From an uncultured Pseudomonadaceae bacterium (lineage in GTDB: Bacteria; Pseudomonadota; Gammaproteobacteria; Pseudomonadales; Pseudomonadaceae): a stretch of 64,000 nt of DNA. Of this stretch, positions 35,938 to 45,198 are shown piece by piece (the stretch's first letter is position 1; the number at the start of each line of letters is the position of its first letter). The notes below the pieces were generated by a model that worked only from the letters and a program-made list of their open reading frames with translations, was not told the origin of the DNA and made no database searches. The translations under genes and the position numbers were made by a program. Where the stretch lies: positions 1,825-65,824 of the forward strand of contig CAXBEU010000014.1 of NCBI GenBank assembly GCA_963974865.1, given 5' to 3'.

Positions 35938-36714
35938 ATGCTGATCGACTCCCACTGCCACCTGGATCGCCTTGACCTGACCGCCCACGATGGCTCGCTG
36001 GACGCCGCCCTGGACGCCGCCAGGCAGCGCGGTGTAGGCAAGTTTTTGTGTATTGGGGTTGATGCCGCGAACGCGCCCGCCGTCAAGCAAATCGCAGAGC
36101 AGTATTCCGATGTGTATTGCAGTGTCGGCATTCACCCGCTGGATCTGACCCGCGAGACACCGACCGACTTGGACTGGTTGCTGCACGCGCTGGATCACCC
36201 CCGCGTGGTCGCCATCGGCGAAACCGGGCTTGATTACCATTACGAGCCAGAGATGGCCGCCCAGCAACAAATCTCCTTCAACTGCCACTTGCAAGCGGCT
36301 CGCCAGACCGGTAAGCCAGTCATTATTCATACCCGCGAGGCGCGCGCCGATACCCTGAATCTGTTGCGCGAGGCCGATTTGCCCAGCGCGGGTGTGTTGC
36401 ACTGCTTTACCGAAGATTGGGACATGGCCCGCGCGGCTATGGATATGGGTTATTACATTTCTCTGTCGGGCATCGTGACCTTTCGCAATGCCGAAGCCCT
36501 GCGTGAAGTGGCGCGGCAGGTACCGGCGGATCGCCTGCTGGTTGAAACCGACTCCCCCTATTTGGCGCCCGTCCCGCATCGGGGCAAGCCCAATGAGCCA
36601 CAGTTCGTCTGTGACGTGGCCGCTTTCCTGGCTGAGCTACGCGGCGAGCCGTTGGAGCAGCTCTGGCAGAACACCACCGACAACTTTCATCGGTTATTTC
36701 CCCTGAGCGTCTGA
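35938..36714 (+). CDS. TatD family nuclease (YcfH)
   Basis: DSHCHLD, IGETGLDY, IIHTREA, VLHCFT, ETDSPYLAP. Confidence 0.95.
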   Translation: MLIDSHCHLDRLDLTAHDGSLDAALDAARQRGVGKFLCIGVDAANAPAVKQIAEQYSDVYCSVGIHPLDLTRETPTDLDWLLHALDHPRVVAIGETGLDYHYEPEMAAQQQISFNCHLQAARQTGKPVIIHTREARADTLNLLREADLPSAGVLHCFTEDWDMARAAMDMGYYISLSGIVTFRNAEALREVARQVPADRLLVETDSPYLAPVPHRGKPNEPQFVCDVAAFLAELRGEPLEQLWQNTTDNFHRLFPLSV

Positions 36715-36735
36715 CATACCCCGCGCACTGCAAGC

Positions 36736-36880
36736 AAAAAAAACCCGAATTCTGGGGGAAGAATTCGGGTCAAGACCATTAGGAGTGTTGCGAAGACGGG
36801 CGGGGAGTCTGGTCATAGCTGGCCAGGCATCGTCCGTCGAGACAGGCGCGTCATCTGGGGGGGGATGCCGCCAACCTGAT
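36736..36880 (-). ncRNA. rgsA: Likely RgsA (P16) small RNA
   Basis: Convergent with tatD, the position where RgsA is known in Pseudomonas. Minus strand ends ACUCCUAAUGGUCUUGA-CCCGAAUUC..GAAUUCGGG-U8, resembling the recalled RgsA 3' end. CAATACT -10 at 36893-36887. Confidence 0.7.
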
Positions 36881-37090
36881 AACTTGAGTATTGCTGAATC
36901 TGGCCGGGTTGCCAGCGTATTCGCATGCTTTTATAAACTGATTTGGAATACGCCGGCTGCAACTTATCGTGTTCAGTTGTTATATGGCGAGTTGAGCGGC
37001 GAAATCGCAGGCTGTCACTATACTGTCATTGCTCGGACTTATGTTCGACCTGTTCTCTGTAGAGACTTTGACATCAAAAGGATAGCCGCC

Positions 37091-38152
37091 ATGCGCTTGA
37101 AGCAGATTCTCCTCCCCGCGATTTTGACCTTGACCCTCCCTCTGACCGCTATGGCACAAGAACTTCGGCTGCTGACCTGGGGTGGTTACGCTCCGGAAGA
37201 GGTGGTGCGCCAGTTTGAAGATGAAACCGGCATCAAGGTGCAGGTAACGCTGTCCAACAATGAAGACATGATTTCCAAATTACGCGCCACTGGTGGCGCC
37301 GGGTTCGATCTGGTGCAACCCAGCCAGGACCGTATCACCAGCGCCCAGCAGGAATTTCGGATCTACAAACCCATGGACCTGAGCAAGGTCGACTCATCCC
37401 TGTTTATCGACTCCATGCTGGCCGCGACCCGGCGTAATACCAGTATTGGCGAGGATGTGTACGCAGTGCCCCATGTATGGGGCACCACTGGGCTGATCGT
37501 GCACGACAGCGTTGCCGATCAGGTCAAGGACTTTGCCGACCTGTGCAAGCCAGAGCTGGCCGGAAAAGTATCCTATCGTTTGCGCCGGCCGATTCTGATC
37601 GGTATGGCGTTCTCGATGGGTGAGGACCCCTTTGCTGCCTATGACGATGAGCAGGCCTATGCCGGCATCATGGCCAAGGTCGAGGAGAAACTGATCGCCT
37701 GCAAACCCAACGTCAAGGCTTATTGGAGTGGCGGGGACGAGCTGATCAATCTGGTGGCCTCCGGCGAAGTAGTAGCGGCCAAGGGTTGGGACGCCGGTGG
37801 CTGGAAGCTGCAGGCGGAGAACCCGCAGATCCGTTTTGTCGCCCCTACCAGCGGTGCGCTGGGCTGGATCGATACCTTCGCCTTGCCACGCCGGGGTAAC
37901 AATGATGAAGCGGCCTACCAGTGGATCAACTTTGTCATGCAGCCGGAAGTGGCCGCCAAGATTACCCAGTCCGCCGGTAACTTTACCGCGTCCAAGGGCG
38001 CAGAAGCCTTTGTCGACGAGAAGCTCAAGGCCAGCTTCGAGAGCAGCTTTGATCAACAGGCACTGGATAACATCAAATGGTACCCGCCCGTGCCTGCCGG
38101 ACTCGAGACGCTGGAAGGCCGCATCCTTGATCGCATCAATGCGGCCAACTGA
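37091..38152 (+). CDS. ABC transporter substrate-binding protein (PotD/PotF-like)
   Basis: ATG 37091, signal peptide ending AMA-Q, LLTWGGYAPEE, AVPHVWGTTGL, GALGWIDTF, QWINFVMQPE. Confidence 0.88.
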   Translation: MRLKQILLPAILTLTLPLTAMAQELRLLTWGGYAPEEVVRQFEDETGIKVQVTLSNNEDMISKLRATGGAGFDLVQPSQDRITSAQQEFRIYKPMDLSKVDSSLFIDSMLAATRRNTSIGEDVYAVPHVWGTTGLIVHDSVADQVKDFADLCKPELAGKVSYRLRRPILIGMAFSMGEDPFAAYDDEQAYAGIMAKVEEKLIACKPNVKAYWSGGDELINLVASGEVVAAKGWDAGGWKLQAENPQIRFVAPTSGALGWIDTFALPRRGNNDEAAYQWINFVMQPEVAAKITQSAGNFTASKGAEAFVDEKLKASFESSFDQQALDNIKWYPPVPAGLETLEGRILDRINAAN

Positions 38153-38244
38153 GACACCGGCGACCGGGTTGCTACTCGGTTAATTGTTGTATGCCCCACA
38201 CAGCGCCGGCTTTGCCGGCGCTGTGTTCTGGTAACGGACTGTCC

Positions 38245-39360
38245 ATGCCTGCGAACCTTATCAACCCTGTTGCTGCGCCCGACCTGGAATGCCAGCACCT
38301 GCACAAGGCCTTTGCCGGTCAGCCGGTGGTGTCCGATGTGTCCTTCAGTATTCCCTCTGGCTCGTTCTTTTCCATTCTCGGGCCCTCCGGTTGCGGCAAA
38401 ACCACCTTGCTGCGCATGCTTGCCGGCTTTCTTGAGCCTGACAGTGGCGATATCCGCATCAAGGGCCAATCAATGCTGGGCATCGCACCCAACAAGCGGC
38501 CCTTGAATATGGTGTTTCAGCATCTGGCGCTGTTTCCGATGATGAGCGTGGAGGACAACATCGCCTACGGCCTCAAGCGCCGTGGTGCCAGCAAGGCCGA
38601 GATACGCACCCGCGTCGGTGATGTGTTGGCGCGGGTGGGGCTGCCAGACGTAGGTAAACGCAAGCCCGATGCCCTGTCTGGCGGACAGAAGCAGCGCATC
38701 GCCATTGCCCGCTGCCTGGTCCTGGAGCCGGCTGTGCTACTGCTGGATGAGCCCCTGGGCGCCCTGGACCTGAAATTACGCGAGCAGATGAAGGTGGAGC
38801 TCAAGCAATTGCAGCAAACCTTCGGCACCACTTTTGTCTACATCACCCACGACCAGTCCGAGGCGTTGGTCATGTCCGATCAGGTCGCTGTGATGAACAA
38901 GGGGCGATTCGAGCAAGTGGGAAGCCCGCAAACGCTATATTACCAGCCGGCAACACCCTTCGTGGCCGGCTTTGTGGGCGATTCAAACAGATTGGAGGGT
39001 AAGTTGGCGGGTGACGGCGAGGTGCGTCTGGCCAGCGGCCAACTTCTGGCTGCTCGGCCGGCAACTGCGGCGCAGGTTTCAATTAATCAGCCGGTCAGCC
39101 TGTTTGTCCGCCCGGAAAGCATTACGCCTTATCTTCCTGGCATGCCAGCTCTTGTGGATAATCTGCTGGAGGTGCGTATCCATACGCTGTTGTTTGATGG
39201 CGCCAACAGCCGTATCAGTGTCACGGGCGTGCAGGGCGGCCCCGAGCTGACCGTGCGGCTGCCGCAAACACCAGACTACGCTCGCCTGCGCGAGGGCGAC
39301 CAGTTGCAGATTGGCTGGATGGCGGATCAGGCGCTGTATTTTGCTCGGGAGCCGGTCTGA
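38245..39360 (+). CDS. ABC transporter ATPase (PotA-like, TOBE domain)
   Basis: LGPSGCGKTT, LSGGQKQRIAIAR, LLDEPLGALDLKLREQM, YITHDQSEAL. Start is either 38191 or 38245. Confidence 0.92.
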   Translation: MPANLINPVAAPDLECQHLHKAFAGQPVVSDVSFSIPSGSFFSILGPSGCGKTTLLRMLAGFLEPDSGDIRIKGQSMLGIAPNKRPLNMVFQHLALFPMMSVEDNIAYGLKRRGASKAEIRTRVGDVLARVGLPDVGKRKPDALSGGQKQRIAIARCLVLEPAVLLLDEPLGALDLKLREQMKVELKQLQQTFGTTFVYITHDQSEALVMSDQVAVMNKGRFEQVGSPQTLYYQPATPFVAGFVGDSNRLEGKLAGDGEVRLASGQLLAARPATAAQVSINQPVSLFVRPESITPYLPGMPALVDNLLEVRIHTLLFDGANSRISVTGVQGGPELTVRLPQTPDYARLREGDQLQIGWMADQALYFAREPV

Positions 39361-39362
39361 GC

Positions 39363-40241
39363 ATGGCCGGGCCTGCCCGGGTGGCTCGCCGCTGGATCGG
39401 CCTGAGCACGGTGTTGCTGATGCTGCCGTTACTGCTCTGGCTGTTCCTGCTGATTCTGTTGCCGCACCTGGATATGGTTGCTGTCGCGCTGCGTGAGCGG
39501 GTCGGCTTCGGCGAATACCGCTTCAGCTGGATGCACTTTGAGCTGTTCTTTAGCGAATCGCTGTACTGGCGAACCTTTCTGCGCACGGCGCTGATGTCGA
39601 TCCTGACCACCTTGATAACGCTGGTGATCGCATTGCCGATCGCCTGGTATATCGCCAAACTGGTGCGCGGGCGGACCCGCTCGCTACTGTTCATGGCCTG
39701 CCTGATTCCGTTCTGGGTCAGCGAGCTGGTGCGCACCTACGGATGGATGATTCTGCTGCGCGAGACTGGCGTGATCAGTGGGGTATTGCAGTGGAGCGGG
39801 CTTGCTGATGCTCCGGTGGAGATGCTCTACAACGATGTGGCGATCATGGTCGGACTTGTCTACGCCTCCATGCTGTTCATGCTGGTGCCCCTGGTGACCA
39901 CGCTGGACAGCCTGGATAACAGTCTGGTCGAAGCGGCCTATGACCTGGGCGGCAACCATCTGACAGTGACCCGGGATATCATCATCCCGCATGCCATGCC
40001 GGGCATCGTCTCCGGCTCCATCGTGGTGTTCATGCTCTCGCTGGGTAACTATCTGACCCCGGTGCTGCTTGGCGGCAAGGACAGTCAGTGGTTTACCGAG
40101 CAGATTTTCACCCAGTTCATTACCCGCTTCAACTGGGAGCAGGGCGCAGCCTTCGGCGTATTATTGCTGGTGCTGTCGTCGTTGATCGTCTGGCTAGGCC
40201 TGAAGCTCAGCGGGCAGTCCTTCGCGGAGACGATGAAATGA
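39363..40241 (+). CDS. ABC transporter permease (PotB-like)
   Basis: IPFWVSELVRTYGW, EAA motif LVEAAYDLGG, IIIPHAMPGI. Confidence 0.92.
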   Translation: MAGPARVARRWIGLSTVLLMLPLLLWLFLLILLPHLDMVAVALRERVGFGEYRFSWMHFELFFSESLYWRTFLRTALMSILTTLITLVIALPIAWYIAKLVRGRTRSLLFMACLIPFWVSELVRTYGWMILLRETGVISGVLQWSGLADAPVEMLYNDVAIMVGLVYASMLFMLVPLVTTLDSLDNSLVEAAYDLGGNHLTVTRDIIIPHAMPGIVSGSIVVFMLSLGNYLTPVLLGGKDSQWFTEQIFTQFITRFNWEQGAAFGVLLLVLSSLIVWLGLKLSGQSFAETMK

Positions 40242-41089
40242 TCGCCTCGCTACCGCTCAGCCGGCGTTTTCGCTGGACCTATGCCGCCTATGTACTGATC
40301 TTCTTTGTATATCTGGCGGCCCCTCTGCTGGTTGTAGGGGTTTTTGCGTTCAATGATAGCCGCTTCCCGGCATTGCCCTGGCAGGGCTTTACGCTCGACT
40401 GGTTTATCGCTGACGGGGGAGGCCGGACCGGCTTGTTCCATGACCGGGCTATCTTGCGTAGCGTCGGTACCAGCGCTCTGGTGGCCAGTTGCGTGACGCT
40501 CCTGTCGGTCAGCCTCGCGACCTTGAATGCCTTCCTGTTTGAGCGCCATGCCTTCCCAGGCAAGAACCTGCTGTTTATCCTGATGCTGCTGCCCCTGGTG
40601 ATTCCGGGCGTGATTCTGGGGATCTCGATCCTGATTTTTGCCAGCCGCATCGCCAATTACTTCGACTTCAACCACGACATCATGCTGGATATGCTCAGGC
40701 CCGGCCTGCTGCTGGTGGTGCTCGGGCAATTTGCATTTCTGACCACCATTGCCACGCTGGTGATCTCGGCGCGCCTGCGCACTTTCGATACCCAACTGGA
40801 GGAGGCCGCGTGCAATCTGGGTGCTAGCCCTTTGACGGCAATACGCACTGTTACTCTGCCATTTTTGGCCCCAGCAATCATTGGCGCGGCACTGGTGTGT
40901 TTTCTCATGTCGTTCGAGAACTTCAACACCACCTTGATGCTGGTCGGTTCGGATGCGCCGCTGACCATTACCTTGTTCAGCCGCCTGCGTGAGGGCGCCA
41001 CCCCGGTGCTCAATGCTGTCTCGCTACTGCTTATGGTTGGCTCCATGCTGCTGGCGCTGATCAGTATTCGGGTTCAAAAAAGGGCCTGA
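40238..41089 (+). CDS. ABC transporter permease (PotC-like)
   Basis: ATG 40238 overlaps the previous stop; LEEAACNLGAS, SFENFNTT, PVLNAVS. Confidence 0.92.
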   Translation: MIASLPLSRRFRWTYAAYVLIFFVYLAAPLLVVGVFAFNDSRFPALPWQGFTLDWFIADGGGRTGLFHDRAILRSVGTSALVASCVTLLSVSLATLNAFLFERHAFPGKNLLFILMLLPLVIPGVILGISILIFASRIANYFDFNHDIMLDMLRPGLLLVVLGQFAFLTTIATLVISARLRTFDTQLEEAACNLGASPLTAIRTVTLPFLAPAIIGAALVCFLMSFENFNTTLMLVGSDAPLTITLFSRLREGATPVLNAVSLLLMVGSMLLALISIRVQKRA

Positions 41090-41174
41090 CAGTCAGCTTT
41101 GCATCAATGCGTGGGCAACGGGTCATGATGTTGGCATAATGTGACGCTTTGCCGGGACGGAAAACACAATCAAC

Positions 41175-41813
41175 ATGCAGAAAGAATCACGCAAGGTTCG
41201 CGAGTTCCGCCGCCGCGAGCAGGAAATACTCGACACAGCGCTACGCCTTTTTCTGGAACAGGGCGAAGACAGCGTTACCGTAGAAATGATTGCCGACGAA
41301 GTGGGTATCGGCAAGGGCACCATCTACAAGCACTTCAAATCCAAGGCAGAAATCTACCTTCGGTTGATGCTCGACTACGAGCGCGATCTGGCCAGGCTGC
41401 TCAATTCGGAAGGCATAGAGCGGGATCGCGAAGCGCTTTCGCGGGATTACTTTGCCTTTCGCATGAGCGATCCTGACCGCTATCGTCTGTTTGATCGCCT
41501 GGAAGAGAAACTGGTCAAATCCAACCAGTTACCAGAGCTTCTTGAGGAGCTGCATCAGATTCGTGCGTCCAATTTCAATCATCTTACCGGTGTGATTCAA
41601 GAGCGCATTGATGATGGCAAGCTGGAAAATGTCCCGGCCTACTTTCATTACTGCGCTGCCTGGGCCTTGGTACACGGTGCGATGGCCATGTATCACTCGC
41701 CGTTCTGGCAGGAAGTGATCGAGGACAAGGAAGGCTATATGCAGTTTCTGATGGATATCGGCGTACGCATGGGTAACAAATCCAAGCGCAGAAAAGACGC
41801 AGAAACCACCTGA
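41175..41813 (+). CDS. TetR/AcrR family transcriptional regulator
   Basis: N-terminal HTH VTVEMIADEVGIGKGTIYKHFKSK. Confidence 0.93.
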   Translation: MQKESRKVREFRRREQEILDTALRLFLEQGEDSVTVEMIADEVGIGKGTIYKHFKSKAEIYLRLMLDYERDLARLLNSEGIERDREALSRDYFAFRMSDPDRYRLFDRLEEKLVKSNQLPELLEELHQIRASNFNHLTGVIQERIDDGKLENVPAYFHYCAAWALVHGAMAMYHSPFWQEVIEDKEGYMQFLMDIGVRMGNKSKRRKDAETT

Positions 41814-41879
41814 GGTCGGAAACCCCTTGCTGGCCAAGGGGTCTGTTCTGTTGAAACCCATCTGCGAGAGAGGAATACC

Positions 41880-42929
41880 GTGTTTTTAATCCGTCTGGCT
41901 CTGGCCCTGTTGTGTGGCGCACTGGCGTTTACTGCGCAAGCGCGTGATTACCGTTTCAGCGATGCGCACTTCCATTACGTCGATTTCTTTCAGGAGAGTG
42001 ATGGCATCAAGGCCCTGCTGGAAAAGATGGATGAGTCGAACATTGACCACATCATGTTCTCCGGCATCCCGGTGGCGAAGAAATGGCACGAGAATGAACC
42101 CCAGCGCCCGCGGTTTTACGCCGGGGACGATGCCGCCGCCTATTGGTACAGCGCCACGGATTTCATCATTTTCAGGGCCATGCAGCACGTGACCCCCGAA
42201 CAGCGCAAACGCTTTCATCCTTTCCTTTCCGGATTCAACCCCAACGACAAGAACGCCGATGCCCATATCCGCCGTCTGCTGGAGATGGATCCCGGGTTCT
42301 GGAAAGGGCTGGGCGAGGTCTTTACCCGGCATGATGATCTCACCGCCCTGATCAGCGGTGAGGTTCCCCGAGCCAACAACGAAGCCATGCACCGTATTTA
42401 TGCGCTGGCGGAGGAGTTTGACCTGCCGGTGATGGTGCACAGCAACATCACCTCCAAGCGTGAGCGCATGCCCCTGTATCTGGAGGAAATTGAAGATCCG
42501 CTCAGGTACTTTCCGAAAGTCCGATTTATCTGGGCGCACGCGGGCACCAGCAAGGAGCTGCATCGCCACCAGGACAAACTCGAATTTCTGTTCGAGACGG
42601 TCAAGCGATTGCTGGAGACTTACCCGAATCTGTATATCGACCTGTCCTGGACCGTGCTGAACCCCTATCTGCTGAATGAAGAGGGCCAAGCCAATGCCGA
42701 TTGGGTCAAGCTGGTCACCGATTTCCCTGATCGCTTCATGCTCGGCTCAGACGTGGTGGGCAGCTTCCGCAATATGGACAAGCACCTCAATGCGTTTATT
42801 CCGTTCCTGGATGCACTGCCTGAAGAGGTCGCGCACAAGGTTGCCCGTGACAATTTCCTTGCCGTTTTGCCTAAAGAGCAGCCTAAAGAGCAACCCAAAG
42901 AGCAGGCCAGCGACCAGGAGCCAGAGTGA
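41880..42929 (+). CDS. Exported amidohydrolase-family (TIM-barrel metallohydrolase) protein
   Basis: Signal peptide ending AQA-R, DAHFHY metal motif, GLGEV, VMVHSN, WAHAG, DLSW, RFMLGSD. Confidence 0.85.
   Translation: MFLIRLALALLCGALAFTAQARDYRFSDAHFHYVDFFQESDGIKALLEKMDESNIDHIMFSGIPVAKKWHENEPQRPRFYAGDDAAAYWYSATDFIIFRAMQHVTPEQRKRFHPFLSGFNPNDKNADAHIRRLLEMDPGFWKGLGEVFTRHDDLTALISGEVPRANNEAMHRIYALAEEFDLPVMVHSNITSKRERMPLYLEEIEDPLRYFPKVRFIWAHAGTSKELHRHQDKLEFLFETVKRLLETYPNLYIDLSWTVLNPYLLNEEGQANADWVKLVTDFPDRFMLGSDVVGSFRNMDKHLNAFIPFLDALPEEVAHKVARDNFLAVLPKEQPKEQPKEQASDQEPE
42870..42905 (+). repeat. 3 x 12-bp in-frame tandem repeat (PKEQ)3
   Basis: cctaaagagcag cctaaagagcaa cccaaagagcag. Confidence 0.9.
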
Positions 42930-43819
42930 TGTCCGCATTCCCGATCAGCTATATAGAACCGGTATTCCGGCCGCCTAGCGAAGCCCATTCGCTGATCTTG
43001 CCGGTGACCAACGGCTGTTCCTGGAACAACTGCACTTTTTGTGAGATGTATACCGCACCGCAGAAGAAATTCCGCGCACGGGACGAAGATCAGGTGTTGG
43101 AAGAAATCCGCAAGAGCGGCGAGCAGTTGATCGTGCAGCGCGTGTTTCTGGCGGACGGCGATGCCATGATTCTGCCGACCAAGCGCCTGTTACGCATTCT
43201 GGAAGCGATACGTGAGCATATGCCGACGGTCGAGCGGGTCACGTCCTATTGCCTGCCGCGCAATCTCAAACGCAAGACCGTGGACGAGCTGCGGCAGTTG
43301 CGTGAAGCCGGTCTGGCGATGCTGTATGTGGGTGCTGAGTCGGGTGATGATGAGGTGCTGGAGCGCGTCAACAAGGGTGAAACCTATGCCAGCACCGAAG
43401 AGGCGCTGAGCAAGGCGGGCGAGGCGGGGCTGCAGCGCTCGGTGATGATTCTCAATGGTTTGGGCGGCAAGCAGCTTAGTGAGCAACACGCGCATAACTC
43501 GGCGCGCTTGATGAACGCGACCCAGCCGGAGTTTCTCTCTACACTGGTGGTCAGCTTTCCCCAGGGCCTGGAACGCTACCGCGAACGCTTCCCTGATTTT
43601 GAGCCGCTTGACCAGCCTAGCCTGTTCAGCGAGCTGGAAAACCTGATTGGCATGCTGGAACTGGACAACAGCGTATTCCGCAGCGACCATGCATCCAATG
43701 CCCTGGTACTTAAAGGTGTACTTGGCGCAGACAAGGAGCGCATGCTGGCCCAGGTGCGTCAAGCGATCAGCCGGCCCGAACAGGCAAGGCTGCGACCAGA
43801 ATGGATGCGCGGTCTATAG
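42929..43819 (+). CDS. Radical SAM protein of unknown function
   Basis: GCSWNNCTFC (CX4CX2C), FLADGDA, YVGAESG, VFRSDHASN. Confidence 0.88.
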   Translation: MSAFPISYIEPVFRPPSEAHSLILPVTNGCSWNNCTFCEMYTAPQKKFRARDEDQVLEEIRKSGEQLIVQRVFLADGDAMILPTKRLLRILEAIREHMPTVERVTSYCLPRNLKRKTVDELRQLREAGLAMLYVGAESGDDEVLERVNKGETYASTEEALSKAGEAGLQRSVMILNGLGGKQLSEQHAHNSARLMNATQPEFLSTLVVSFPQGLERYRERFPDFEPLDQPSLFSELENLIGMLELDNSVFRSDHASNALVLKGVLGADKERMLAQVRQAISRPEQARLRPEWMRGL

Positions 43820-43842
43820 CACCTTCTCACAGGGGAATCGCC

Positions 43843-44439
43843 ATGCGTTGGATTGGACTGCTGATAGTGCTGAGCCTGATGGCTGGCTGCATGAAGCCAT
43901 CGGATATGCAGAAGAGCGCCCGCTATTATATGGGTGATGCCGGTCTGATGAACCATTACCAGATCACCCGCAACGCAACCTGGCGTTTGCAGCCCGATTC
44001 CAGCCTGTATATCGCCCAAGGTCACTTTGTGCCGGTCGGCCACCCCTACGCCAGGCCAAATATCGTCGCTGAAGAAGCCTTTGCTGCCGCAGTGCAGGTG
44101 TTCCCCATGACGCGCCGAGCCGAGCAACCGCTGGGGCTGGAAGAGGCGCTTGAGCAAGCCTATCTGCACCGCTCCGATTATCTTCTGTACACCCGCTTTG
44201 CTCGCGCCAGGGATGCGGTGGGTGACGGTGAGCAATGGAACGAGTCCCGCGACATGGCTGACGTCGGCCTCGACCGTGCAGTGCTGCAAATGATGCTGAT
44301 GGAGACTTCAACAAGGCAACTGGTGGACTTTGCTGTTGTCGAAACCCGTGGCGGCTTTCTGCAATTTTACAAGGCCGAGCCCGAGGACCTTCTACGTCCT
44401 CCACTGGAGGACTACACACGTCGCCTGCTCGGTCGCTGA
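43843..44439 (+). CDS. Lipoprotein, DUF4823-like
   Basis: ATG 43843, lipobox MAGC. Family assignment comes mainly from recalled Pseudomonas synteny. Confidence 0.65.
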   Translation: MRWIGLLIVLSLMAGCMKPSDMQKSARYYMGDAGLMNHYQITRNATWRLQPDSSLYIAQGHFVPVGHPYARPNIVAEEAFAAAVQVFPMTRRAEQPLGLEEALEQAYLHRSDYLLYTRFARARDAVGDGEQWNESRDMADVGLDRAVLQMMLMETSTRQLVDFAVVETRGGFLQFYKAEPEDLLRPPLEDYTRRLLGR

Positions 44440-44449
44440 GGAGTTATTC

Positions 44450-45034
44450 ATGTCCAAGCGTCAACTACCACCGCAATCACTGATCGACAGTATTCCTGGC
44501 GGAGCGTCCGGCGAAGCCCGCGAACCGGCGCCAGTGCACCTGTGGAATCCGCCGCTCAGCGGTGAAATGGATATGCAGATTGCCCGTGACGGCACCTGGT
44601 ATCACGAAGGCGATCCGATCACCCGCAAGGCGTTGGTTCAGCTGTTTTCCGGCATTCTTCGATATGACGACGATGGTCGCTATTACCTGGTGACACCGGT
44701 CGAGCGCTGGGCGATCAAGGTCGACGATGCGCCTTTCGTGGCCACACAGTTGAAAGTCGAGGGGCAGGGCGAACAGCAGAAGCTGGTATTCACCACCAAC
44801 CTGCAGAACAGTTTTACTGCCGGTAAAGAGCATCCCATCCGCGTTGAAGTGGATTCTGACACGCAAGAGCCCTCACCTTATGTGCGCGTGCGTACCAATC
44901 TGGATGCGCTGATCAACCGCAACGTGTTTTACGAGCTGGTGGAGCTGGCGGTTGAACGCGAGCACAACGGCAAGATGTGCCTGGGCGTGTGGAGCCAGGA
45001 ATATTTCTTTCCGATAGACGGTAATCCTGCCTGA
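44450..45034 (+). CDS. DUF1285 domain protein
   Basis: PVHLWNPPLSGEMDMQIARDGTWYHEG...LVTPVE...VDDAPF...ALINRNVFYELV. Confidence 0.85.
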   Translation: MSKRQLPPQSLIDSIPGGASGEAREPAPVHLWNPPLSGEMDMQIARDGTWYHEGDPITRKALVQLFSGILRYDDDGRYYLVTPVERWAIKVDDAPFVATQLKVEGQGEQQKLVFTTNLQNSFTAGKEHPIRVEVDSDTQEPSPYVRVRTNLDALINRNVFYELVELAVEREHNGKMCLGVWSQEYFFPIDGNPA

Positions 45035-45150
45035 AGGCAGGGTACTGCCCAGCAAGCGGGGCAGTTCAAGGGTGCCGGCTCCGGCATCCTCCCGGCCGGC
45101 GCCAAGTCAAGCAAAAAAGCATTTTTTTCTGCCCTCCAGCATATTGATAT

Positions 45151-45166
45151 AAACCATATCTGGGTC
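45151..45166 (+). promoter_or_regulatory. NrdR box (weaker, upstream copy)
   Basis: aaaCcATATcTgGgtc; 32 bp from the strong box, matching typical tandem spacing. Confidence 0.55.
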
Positions 45167-45182
45167 TAGCATTGCCTCCAAT

Positions 45183-45198
45183 GCACAATACATAGTGT
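45183..45198 (+). promoter_or_regulatory. NrdR box
   Basis: gcaCaAtAcaTaGtgt matches 14/16 of acaCwAtATaTwGtgt, upstream of an RNR operon. Confidence 0.8.

Noticed and set aside
36785-37090. 102-aa N-terminal extension of the ABC binding protein in the ORF track
   Set aside because: The signal peptide begins at ATG 37091; the extension runs antisense through the sRNA and promoters.
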